Assembly: GCF_053078305.1 (NCBI RefSeq) | Contig: NZ_CP166879.1 | DNA: 64,000 nt | Strand: one strand, 5' to 3' | Position numbers and translations under genes: made by a program | In this document: positions 21,884 to 30,247 of the stretch, in pieces | Position numbering within the stretch: position 1 is the first letter of the stretch | How the letters are laid out: each line of letters opens with the position of its first letter | Notes under the pieces: generated by a model | What the model was told of the DNA's origin: nothing | What the model saw: the letters and a program-made list of their open reading frames with translations, nothing else | Databases searched by the model: none

Positions 21884-22234
21884 TTACAACATTGTCAGTG
21901 AGTTACGGCGGGATGTTTTTGGCTGACGCCAGTCCAGCTTATCGAGGAGCATTGCCAGTTGCGAGCGGGTAATGGATACCTTGCCGTCACGTACCGCAGG
22001 CCAGATAAACTGGCCTTCCTCCAGGCGTTTAGTGAACAGGCACAGACCATCAGCATCAGCCCAAAGAATTTTAACGGTGTCACCCCGTCGGCCACGGAAG
22101 ATAAACAGGTGACCGGAGAAGGGATTATCATTCAGCACATGTTGTACCTGTTCTCCCAGTCCGTTGAAGGATTTACGCATATCGGTAACGCCGGCAACGA
22201 GCCAGATACGGGTACCTGATGGGAGTGAGATCAT
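21884..22234 (-). CDS. IS66-family Orf2 (TnpB) accessory protein
   Basis: 116 aa, MISLPSGTRIWLVAGVTDMRKSFNGL...; overlaps orf1 by 4 nt. Confidence 0.9.
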   Translation of the reverse strand: MISLPSGTRIWLVAGVTDMRKSFNGLGEQVQHVLNDNPFSGHLFIFRGRRGDTVKILWADADGLCLFTKRLEEGQFIWPAVRDGKVSITRSQLAMLLDKLDWRQPKTSRRNSLTML

Positions 22235-22656
22235 CTTCCCCTCCCGGTCAGTTCACGGATCAACACCGTGAGCAGCTCTGGCGATGGATTTTCCAGCGTC
22301 ATGTTACCGTGACGGAATTCCACCTTGCAGGAGCTGGCACTGACTCTGGTCTGAGAGGTAGTGGATAAAGATGGCGCAATGGCCACCACAGGTTCTTTCT
22401 GCTCATCCGGCGTTATTTCTACAGGTAATAATTCAACGCCAGTGTCAGAAGAGGTCGTTACCGGAAGACGCCGCGAAACACGCCCTTCGTTCTGCCAGAG
22501 CCTGAGCCATTTGAACAGGAGGTTATCATTGATATCGTGTTCCCGGGCGATACGGGCAACAGAGGCTCCTGGTTGCAAAGCCAGTTTAACCATTTGAAGT
22601 TTAAAATTATTTGAAAATGATCTGCGGGGTTCTGCGGATAATGTTTTTTGCTCCAT
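22231..22656 (-). CDS. IS66-family Orf1 (TnpA) accessory protein
   Basis: 141 aa, MEQKTLSAEPRRSFSNNFKLQMVKLALQPGASVARIAREHDINDNLLFKW... Confidence 0.85.
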   Translation of the reverse strand: MEQKTLSAEPRRSFSNNFKLQMVKLALQPGASVARIAREHDINDNLLFKWLRLWQNEGRVSRRLPVTTSSDTGVELLPVEITPDEQKEPVVAIAPSLSTTSQTRVSASSCKVEFRHGNMTLENPSPELLTVLIRELTGRGR

Positions 22657-22708
22657 AACAGGCGTCCACTAGTTTGAAAAGGTGGGCACCTACGTTACCA
22701 ATACTGGC

Positions 22709-23003
22709 TTAATGGCTACATACGGCAGTCGGTTTACGCTTACCTTTGATCAGCCAGAGCCTGAGCCATTTGAACAGAAGATTATCATTGATATCATGCT
22801 CCCGGGCAATACGGGCAACAAAAACCCTTGGTTGTAAAGCCAGTTTAACCATTTGAAGTTTAAACTCATTTGAAAATGACCTGCGGGGTTCTGCGGATAA
22901 TGTTTTTTGTTCCATAACAGGCATCCACTAGTTTGAAAAGGTGGGCACCTACGTTACCAATACTGGCTTAATGGCTACATACGACGGTCGGTTTACGCTT
23001 ACC
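22709..23003 (-). mobile_element. Partial tandem duplicate of the IS66 end (5' part of orf1 plus terminal repeat)
   Basis: Sequence 22925-23003 nearly repeats 22657-22745; ORF 22709..22924 encodes a truncated Orf1 copy (MPVMEQKTLSAEPRRSFSNEFKLQMVKLALQP...). Confidence 0.7.
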
Positions 23004-23045
23004 AGAAAACTAATAGTGCTATATGCAATTTTTAATATTCAGACT

Positions 23046-25727
23046 TTAGCCTGACAGGCCTGACAAAAACGCGCCCAACTTCCCTTCTATATCACTGTCT
23101 ATAGTACGTAATCTTAGCAATGGCAGACCACATTTCTTCAGTATACTGTTTTTAAGTTCATCACGTTCAGCCTGGACACTGGTCAGATGATAGCCTCCAT
23201 CCACTTCAATAACCCCTAATGGAGTCTTCCCGACCTTATAGTAAACAACAAAGTCACAACTGGCCCGATTACGCATGAATAACAGTTCACGGTGAGTAAA
23301 ATCTCCCCGCTCCAGCAACACCAACTGATTCAGCGCTATTTGTGAATGAAACATCATGCTCCGATAACTATCCTGCGACAGGATATCCCGCAACAGGCAG
23401 GCCACAATCTGTTCTGACTTAAAGCGTGAATCATCTGAATTCAATCTACTATTCAGTCGTTCCAGTGATTTGTCATACTCACTGTACAGCAAATCAAATG
23501 CTGATATCACCGGGCTCTCGAAAATCTCTCCGTCATCAGCGTAGTATCTGATGTAACGAATCAGTGCCGCAATATGTCCAGCGTGGCGTTCAAATACATC
23601 ATTACCAGTCACCAACGTAAATTTGTTTCGGGCCCTTGAAACAGCGACATTCACCAGTTCAGGATTATCAACAAACGCGATATTCCGACTTTGCTGGCTG
23701 CTGCGTTTCTTATCCAGCACAGTGGAAAACACAATTTCATCGCACTCCCGTCCCTGAAATTTATGCACCGTCGATTTCACAAAATCAGCGGGCAGCACTG
23801 TTTCAGCCAGATTAACCTGTGCATTATATGGGGCGATATATCCCCTGCTACTTTCCTCATCCCAGTAATGTCCTTCCAGAGATTCAAGCTCCCTGAGATT
23901 TGAAAAATTACGGGTATGGTTTCCTTTTGCCGTGATGATCAGAGATAATGAGGCTTCACCTGAATCAAGCGTTAGCGGTATCAGAGCATTATCATAAAAC
24001 TGCTTATTACAAAATTGAATGATTTTAGGATGACAGCGATAATGCTCTTTAAGAAGAGTTACTGGCACCATATTCCTGAACGACATACAAACCGAATCAA
24101 GTAGACTATATTTCTCACAATTATAGTATTCTGCCGGTGGAGATGGGCTGTTCGGGAGTAATACAGGAACATGTGGAAGTTGCTTTCGATCCCCTACAAC
24201 GATTACATTACGGGCACATCCTAGTCCCAGAATGCCCGGAACAATATCCTGCTGTGAGGCTTCATCAATAATCACATAATCAAGAAGAGCCCCCTTACCG
24301 ATAGAGTTAATAATAGAATGCGTGCTGCTACCAATAACCGGAAAACGCTTTATAAAACGGTTAAATTCATCCCTGTATGTCTCTGCCGAGAATGAATTTC
24401 TTGTTGAAATATTTCTTCGCAGATGTTGTTTTAAATAAAGCACAGACCATGATGTCAGGCGCTCCAGTAAAATTTTAAAATCAGATTCCTTTAATACTTT
24501 CTCATATTCATTCAAAGAAATTTGTTTTTCCCGGATGGATTTTTCATAATAAGAAAGCTGAAGAGAAGTAAATAGTGCCAGCCTTCTCTCCGGAATCACC
24601 AATGGTTTGACTTTCAGTATCCTGAAGTTTAACAACAAATCAATTCTGTTTCTGAATCCAATCCGCCTGTCAGAAAGGTAATGAATATAAGCCATCAGGT
24701 CAGTTGTTTTTCGTGAGGAAAGTCGGTATTTGTGAGAAAAAAGCTCCTCCGGTCGAAGATTCTGACTCTGCCATTGCTGCAGGTATTTATACTCAACACT
24801 CAGTTCATTAATTTCTGCTTTTAACGAAGCAACCTGGTTGATAGCATTCAGGTGTTTTTTCACTTGTTGAAGTACATCATCAATCATATTTGCAGACGGT
24901 GAGTCAGGTAAGACTTCCTCAGAACGCGAAATCGACGTTGAAAAAAACTGTTGTCTGTTCTCCGTACTTCCCAGTCGTGCCACCACATATCCCAGTCGTT
25001 GTTTGTCCATTTTTTCATAAACATTACTGACAGCTGAGTTATTATTGGACAAAATTGCCACTGTTTTATTCTGAATTAATATATTGGCAACAATATTGAG
25101 AATAGTCTGTGTTTTACCTGTCCCAGGTGGTCCTTCAATAACTGAAATCTGTGAGGAAAATGCCCGTTCAACCGCCATTAACTGACTCTCATTCAGGCCA
25201 AACGGAAAAATCAACCCCCATGGCGAATCACGTTTTTTACTCTGTCCTGAACAGTATGCATGCAAGGCGGTATCCGGATGAGGAACTATTTTCTTTATCT
25301 GTCTGAGGATATTCTCATCGATATTTTTATTATTACCTCGAGCATAAAAAACACGTTCGTCAGCCACCCTGCACAAGTAATTAAACACGGCATGCTCTGT
25401 AAATGCTGAACACTGTTGAAAGTCAAGTCCGGTCGTTTTCATGATGTAGGGTCGTTCGCTCTCACGGTAATAAACAGCAGCATATTTATCACCATAGATA
25501 ATAACCCGTTCAGCCCGGGATGTTACAGCGTTCCCTTTCCTTTCGAGGAAAACATTTCGCAAAATTACAGTTGGCGTTATCTGACATACAGAAAGCGGAC
25601 GAGTATATTTTTTCCCGCTGCGAAAATGACAGGTCAGCATAACCTCTCCGTCATCATTTCCAGCCCACAGAGTCCAGTCGGTAATTTTATGAGTCTTATT
25701 TTCACCGTCAACACAAATCGTGACCAT
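23046..25727 (-). CDS. Superfamily-1 helicase fused to a C-terminal PD-(D/E)xK (DUF2726-like) nuclease domain; candidate defence protein
   Basis: 893 aa; Walker A GPPGTGKTQT, Walker B/motif II VIIDEASQ, further SF1 Upf1/DNA2-like motifs (VGDRKQLPHV, HYRCHPKIIQF, STVHKFQGRECD, VAVSRARNKF); C-terminal VIEVDGGYH...ERDELK...GLPLLRL; N-terminal ~180 aa unassigned. Confidence 0.75.
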   Translation of the reverse strand: MVTICVDGENKTHKITDWTLWAGNDDGEVMLTCHFRSGKKYTRPLSVCQITPTVILRNVFLERKGNAVTSRAERVIIYGDKYAAVYYRESERPYIMKTTGLDFQQCSAFTEHAVFNYLCRVADERVFYARGNNKNIDENILRQIKKIVPHPDTALHAYCSGQSKKRDSPWGLIFPFGLNESQLMAVERAFSSQISVIEGPPGTGKTQTILNIVANILIQNKTVAILSNNNSAVSNVYEKMDKQRLGYVVARLGSTENRQQFFSTSISRSEEVLPDSPSANMIDDVLQQVKKHLNAINQVASLKAEINELSVEYKYLQQWQSQNLRPEELFSHKYRLSSRKTTDLMAYIHYLSDRRIGFRNRIDLLLNFRILKVKPLVIPERRLALFTSLQLSYYEKSIREKQISLNEYEKVLKESDFKILLERLTSWSVLYLKQHLRRNISTRNSFSAETYRDEFNRFIKRFPVIGSSTHSIINSIGKGALLDYVIIDEASQQDIVPGILGLGCARNVIVVGDRKQLPHVPVLLPNSPSPPAEYYNCEKYSLLDSVCMSFRNMVPVTLLKEHYRCHPKIIQFCNKQFYDNALIPLTLDSGEASLSLIITAKGNHTRNFSNLRELESLEGHYWDEESSRGYIAPYNAQVNLAETVLPADFVKSTVHKFQGRECDEIVFSTVLDKKRSSQQSRNIAFVDNPELVNVAVSRARNKFTLVTGNDVFERHAGHIAALIRYIRYYADDGEIFESPVISAFDLLYSEYDKSLERLNSRLNSDDSRFKSEQIVACLLRDILSQDSYRSMMFHSQIALNQLVLLERGDFTHRELLFMRNRASCDFVVYYKVGKTPLGVIEVDGGYHLTSVQAERDELKNSILKKCGLPLLRLRTIDSDIEGKLGAFLSGLSG

Positions 25728-26235
25728 ATTCTCACTCAGTAATTATCATTTAACTTACGGAAAATTGTTATGAAACTCCCGATATTTACCCGGTAAAATA
25801 CTTGTCATTGTTTGAAGCCCTCCCTAAAAAATGACCAGGCATTTGATAACCCGGTGTATTTCTCCCGATATGAGCTCCGGAGGATTTTCCACAACTCCGG
25901 GTGTGTTAACATATTCCCGCCGGCCATATATACATTGAGTTCAGTCATAACAGTCAATACCAGGATTACAGGAACGCGATGCTGATACGCTGGTTATTGA
26001 ATACTGGTAGCCCCTAACTACTAATTCATCACGATACTCTGTACTTACTGTTTTTTACAACCATTCCCCCAGGTAAAAGAGTCCATTTATCATGCCCCTC
26101 TTTAACGCCTGCCAGCATAATTTAAGAATGGATACCGTGGGTGGAATTAACAATACCTGCTCAGGCCAATGCCATGTAACCGCCTCACTGAAAAAGCCAG
26201 ATCATCTAACCAGGTACAGACCAACATCGCAAAAA

Positions 26236-26385
26236 TTACCATGTAGCACGAACTGCTGTCATATTTCTGTTCAGGTATGCCGCTATTTCGCGGGTTTTCT
26301 TCACGCCATAATGCGTTTCAAGGTAGCGAACATCTTCGATTGTCCATGGTGTGCGCGCTCTTCCGGGGGTATTTTCCATTTCCAT
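26236..26385 (-). CDS. Small hypothetical protein (49 aa), possible DNA-binding protein; below the ORF-track length cutoff
   Basis: Own translation of the minus strand: MEMENTPGRARTPWTIEDVRYLETHYGVKKTREIAAYLNRNMTAVRATW; starts 15 nt downstream of the vasL-like stop; no homology support. Confidence 0.3.
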   Translation of the reverse strand: MEMENTPGRARTPWTIEDVRYLETHYGVKKTREIAAYLNRNMTAVRATW

Positions 26386-26400
26386 GTTTTATCTCAGCCA

Positions 26401-27765
26401 TTATGGCTGCCTCTCCTGATTGCCTGTGTGTTCCATCTGATAACGATTAATCAGCTGATTCAGTGCCATTTCAGCCTGTTTTTGCTGCTGTTCACTGCCA
26501 TTCTGATTACGGGCTTCATCATAGCGACGTAACTGCTCTTCTGCCGGGATATGCCGGTTAAAAGCCTGCATGATGCCAAACACCTCCGTTTTCAGTTCAC
26601 TGACCGTCATGTATTTTCCCCGCTGTTCATCCAGACGGTTCAGGCGCTCAGCCAGCTGCTGTAAGCGGGTCATGCCTTCGTTCCAGCCCGTCATCGCCTC
26701 TTCCGGAAGCGCTCGGCTCCTTACGCTCTTCTGCCAGTTATCCACCATTTCCTGAACACGGGGATTGTCGGGGAAAAGTCCCCTCAGTTGCTGCAGCAGC
26801 TGCGCACTGCGTTGCAGGTTGTATGCCGGCGGTAGTTCTGTCAGTCGCGTTATCTGCTGACCGGAAAGGGTTATCCACTCTGACGCATGATTTAACAGTG
26901 AGGGTGTTCTGCTGAGTTGCGCCATCTGGTCTGCTGAAAGCACATCCGGTAGTGGTGCCAGCAGCGCCCTGAGTTGCTGCTCCGCCGATGATGGCTGTGT
27001 CAGAAACTGCCATCCCGGAATGACCACGCTGACAGTCAGCAATGCCGCACAGACACCAGCCACAAACGGTTTCAGAAACGTGGGCGGGGATTTCTGAAGG
27101 GAGGGTGTGGGTTCTGCTTTTGTTTCAGAAACAACATACACCAGACGGGAGTACGGCAGGGGCTGATGTTCCTGTACATCCGGAGCATCAGACCGGAGTG
27201 CCTGAGCCGGAAGGGTTACCGGCGACGATACTTCACCCTGCACAGGCTGATTCTCCAGACGGGTGATATATCCCTTCACCATGGCTTCCGGTAAAGCCAC
27301 TTTACTGCTCTGTTTAAGTTCATGCCGGGCCAGTATGTCACTCAGCGTTTTCAGGCATGTTTCTGTCTGATACAGCAGGGGCAGATTGTCACGCTCATCC
27401 GGTGGCATGGCCCGGAGCGTTTTTTGCAGACGACTGAACAGACCGGTAATAATTTCCAGCCGGGCGTGGGTATTCAGCGGCCACATCACTGACCAGTGAT
27501 GCCGGGTCAGCGCCACAATCAGAGCCAGCCCTTCATTCAGACCACTTAACCCTGCTGTATGCATCCGGGCGATGGTGTACCAGGATACCGTCTGTAATTC
27601 CACGCCATTGTGTTCATACAGACGCAGGCAGAGCGTCTCCACATAACGCCAGTCCACATCCGGACGTGCCGGGTGAGTCAGCTTGCTGATTTCATCGCGC
27701 AGGGCAGCATAATCCGGTAATGACCGGGGGTCATTACCTGTTTTCAGTTTTACTTCAGAAGTCAT
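26401..27765 (-). CDS. T6SS-associated ImpA_N-domain membrane protein (VasL-like)
   Basis: 454 aa; N-terminal domain resembles the TssA N-terminus (DYAALRDEISKL...VSWYTIARMH versus TssA ...ATWYIWARL...) followed by one TM segment and a periplasmic region. Confidence 0.65.
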   Translation of the reverse strand: MTSEVKLKTGNDPRSLPDYAALRDEISKLTHPARPDVDWRYVETLCLRLYEHNGVELQTVSWYTIARMHTAGLSGLNEGLALIVALTRHHWSVMWPLNTHARLEIITGLFSRLQKTLRAMPPDERDNLPLLYQTETCLKTLSDILARHELKQSSKVALPEAMVKGYITRLENQPVQGEVSSPVTLPAQALRSDAPDVQEHQPLPYSRLVYVVSETKAEPTPSLQKSPPTFLKPFVAGVCAALLTVSVVIPGWQFLTQPSSAEQQLRALLAPLPDVLSADQMAQLSRTPSLLNHASEWITLSGQQITRLTELPPAYNLQRSAQLLQQLRGLFPDNPRVQEMVDNWQKSVRSRALPEEAMTGWNEGMTRLQQLAERLNRLDEQRGKYMTVSELKTEVFGIMQAFNRHIPAEEQLRRYDEARNQNGSEQQQKQAEMALNQLINRYQMEHTGNQERQP

Positions 27766-27819
27766 CGGCAGATTCAGTGTTGCTGTATCAAATCATAATT
27801 AATATTCCCGGAAAGAGCG

Positions 27820-28128
27820 TCAGTGTAATACCGGTACCCGGGAAAGGTATTCCACCGCACGGATGATTGCCGGTGTCACATCCCACCGCCGCTTCAGAAC
27901 CGCCAATAACTCACTGAGTGTTCTGATATAACGTTCAGTGAACAGTCGCTGCCCGTCCCTGGTTAAATGAAAACCGGACTGATTACAGGTAATGGTAATA
28001 TGGCAGGCATCATTACCAATATATACGGCTTCCTGTGGCCTGAATCTGACATTCCAGTGCCAGGAATACGGAGCATGATTCAGATAAAAAAGGCGCATCT
28101 GGATGTCATTAAATAACGGGTTCATCAT
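27820..28128 (-). CDS. Hypothetical protein within the T6SS operon (102 aa)
   Basis: ATG start; between tssE and the vasL-like gene; no recognisable motif. Confidence 0.5.
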   Translation of the reverse strand: MMNPLFNDIQMRLFYLNHAPYSWHWNVRFRPQEAVYIGNDACHITITCNQSGFHLTRDGQRLFTERYIRTLSELLAVLKRRWDVTPAIIRAVEYLSRVPVLH

Positions 28129-28177
28129 TCAGCCCTCGTTTATGTCTGTTAAGCACACGGATAAGGGGAACCATAAA

Positions 28178-28627
28178 TCACCCCCTGAAAGTCATCACAT
28201 TATCCACAAACTGCTGTTGCTTCAGATATCGCAGTAACACCCTGCCCTCCGGCATAAAAGTTGTTCCGTAACGAACCAGTCCTGCATCTTTAAGTTCTGC
28301 ATCAATGACATAATGCAACTCACCAGGCTGAGTCTGTTCCTGCATCGTCACCCCGACACGCTTAATACGTGGCTCATACTTCAGCAGAACATCTGAAAGC
28401 ACACACATCAGTTGATGCGCCGTTCCCGGCATTCCCTGCAGAATGCTTGTCATATCCGGCAGACCATAATCCGGAAGATGTTTAAGGCTTCCGGCCCGGG
28501 TATTCAGAATACGCTGCATGTTATCGAGCACCGAAAGAATAACCTGCTCTTCCTCACTGACCTGGTTTAACTCCAGCCCGCCAGCGAAATTGCCATAGAG
28601 AATTTCATAAAGGGAAGGACGCGGCAT
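28178..28627 (-). CDS. tssE: T6SS baseplate component TssE (gp25-like)
   Basis: 149 aa from the internal ATG (ORF-track start is an upstream GTG); conserved SVLDNMQRILNTR...DYGLPD region. Confidence 0.8.
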   Translation of the reverse strand: MPRPSLYEILYGNFAGGLELNQVSEEEQVILSVLDNMQRILNTRAGSLKHLPDYGLPDMTSILQGMPGTAHQLMCVLSDVLLKYEPRIKRVGVTMQEQTQPGELHYVIDAELKDAGLVRYGTTFMPEGRVLLRYLKQQQFVDNVMTFRG

Positions 28628-28629
28628 CA

Positions 28630-29166
28630 CTATTTATCCTTCACCGGTAACAGCGTCAGGGTGTTACCGGATACTTCAATAAGACGGGGCGTGTCCGGCT
28701 CAAGCTCATCCCGGCTCAGCACCACCCGCCAGGTATTTTTCTTCCGGTCAGGCTCCAGAAACATTGCTGCCACACCGGTAAATTTCGCCGCATCATCCAG
28801 AGGCATATCCACGGCCACTGAACCACCTGGCTGCAGCCATACATCTTTCTGTGCAATGATATCGCCTGCCAGAATTTCACTGTCCCCCGTAAAAAGCGCC
28901 TGATAATCCGCGCTGTCAAAATTCCGGTTGTCTTTAAGCTGATAAATCCGCACCACAACCGACAGGGGAATACCGGCAGCACTGGTGTTAATGGCCTCCC
29001 TGGCACGAATATCAAGGTGAAGTGTTTTTATCTGTCGGTAAAACAGGGATTTCGTGGCAGATACCGTACCGTCTGCCACTCTTTGCGTCAGGCCACACCC
29101 TGATAACGACAGGGAAAACAACGCAATAATCAGACCGTAACCAGTCTTACCAGCGATAATCGCCAT
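28630..29166 (-). CDS. tssJ: T6SS outer membrane lipoprotein TssJ
   Basis: 178 aa; lipobox LSLSGC; size and operon position typical. Confidence 0.8.
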   Translation of the reverse strand: MAIIAGKTGYGLIIALFSLSLSGCGLTQRVADGTVSATKSLFYRQIKTLHLDIRAREAINTSAAGIPLSVVVRIYQLKDNRNFDSADYQALFTGDSEILAGDIIAQKDVWLQPGGSVAVDMPLDDAAKFTGVAAMFLEPDRKKNTWRVVLSRDELEPDTPRLIEVSGNTLTLLPVKDK

Positions 29167-30247
29167 TTTCCTGAGCCTCCTTACGTTGATAATGTTCCTG
29201 AACCCGCTGATAACGCCCCAGACTGATGGTCATTACGCGTGCCGCTGAAGTCGTTATCTTTGCCTGTGTTCTCATTACAGCCGTGCGCCCCAGTTGCGGA
29301 CTACCGGCTGCCGGTCGGCAACTGAGCCGGACATCCGGCAACAGTGAACGCTTAACACAAAGTTGCAGACGTACATCCAGACGGCTTCCCGGATAAACGT
29401 GCAACAACGCCAGCAAATCAGAATACAGCTGCCCGCCCGGTAACCAGCCCTGTACCTCGCTGCCCGTCTGTGTTGAAAGCTGTAATAACACCTGTCCGTT
29501 CACATCCGTAGCATGATCGCCCATCACCGGGTGACTCTTCAGACTGACCGGGTGATGAACACGCATGGTCAGCGGCGCTTTCAGCGGGATCCGTCGTCGG
29601 TCATGATGCCAGACACGGGCCTGTGTTCCGGGAGCCAGCAGCGTTACCAGTGATGTCAGCCCTTCAGCTGTTCTTCCGGGTAATAACATCAGGGGCAATA
29701 ACGCCAGAAAACGCGATACCGGCGTGGCAATATTCTGTGCACATCCGGGGATCCCCAGTCTGGCCAGGCCAAGCAGATACTGAGACGTTTTATCCTGCCC
29801 TCCCGGCTCAAAGGTGGCCGGGTACGAATACTTACGCCAGATACGGTAATACTGGGTGATCAGACGATGACTGAATATATCGAGAAAATCCGCTGCGGCC
29901 TCATGGCCTTCCCGCTGCTGTGCAATATCACTGATATAGTGTGCCGGCAGCGGAGACGTGACCCCGTAAAGTCCCATAAACGTCACCTGTACAGTGGGTT
30001 GCAGATGGGATTCTTCAGGAATTACAGCGTCTTTTATTTCACTCGCAGGAAACCCCATTCCCGGGTATGGACAAAAGAGGACCGCTTCCTGACGGGCCTG
30101 CCAGCCACTGCCAATGGGAGGCTGGTCTGGCTGGATTTGCTCCAGCAACTGACAGAAGCGATAAAAATTAATATACGGAAGCTGTTTCCGGTAACGGGTA
30201 ATTAACCGGGCAGGCGCGGATTGTGATTTTCTTTCCACCGGATGCAT
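29147..30247 (-). CDS. tssG: T6SS baseplate component TssG
   Basis: 366 aa; overlaps the tssF 3' end; position and length typical. Confidence 0.75.
   Translation of the reverse strand: MHPVERKSQSAPARLITRYRKQLPYINFYRFCQLLEQIQPDQPPIGSGWQARQEAVLFCPYPGMGFPASEIKDAVIPEESHLQPTVQVTFMGLYGVTSPLPAHYISDIAQQREGHEAAADFLDIFSHRLITQYYRIWRKYSYPATFEPGGQDKTSQYLLGLARLGIPGCAQNIATPVSRFLALLPLMLLPGRTAEGLTSLVTLLAPGTQARVWHHDRRRIPLKAPLTMRVHHPVSLKSHPVMGDHATDVNGQVLLQLSTQTGSEVQGWLPGGQLYSDLLALLHVYPGSRLDVRLQLCVKRSLLPDVRLSCRPAAGSPQLGRTAVMRTQAKITTSAARVMTISLGRYQRVQEHYQRKEAQENGDYRW

Larger units (their letters stand above)
20226..22745 (-). mobile_element. IS66-family insertion sequence (three-ORF type)
   Basis: Contains orf1, orf2 and orf3 in the canonical order with GTAAGCG-type terminal repeats near both ends; boundaries approximate. 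Confidence 0.8.

Noticed and set aside
26092-26532. Plus-strand 146-aa ORF overlapping the 3' end of the vasL-like gene
   Set aside because: Cys/His-rich low-complexity translation overlapping a better-supported gene; no RBS
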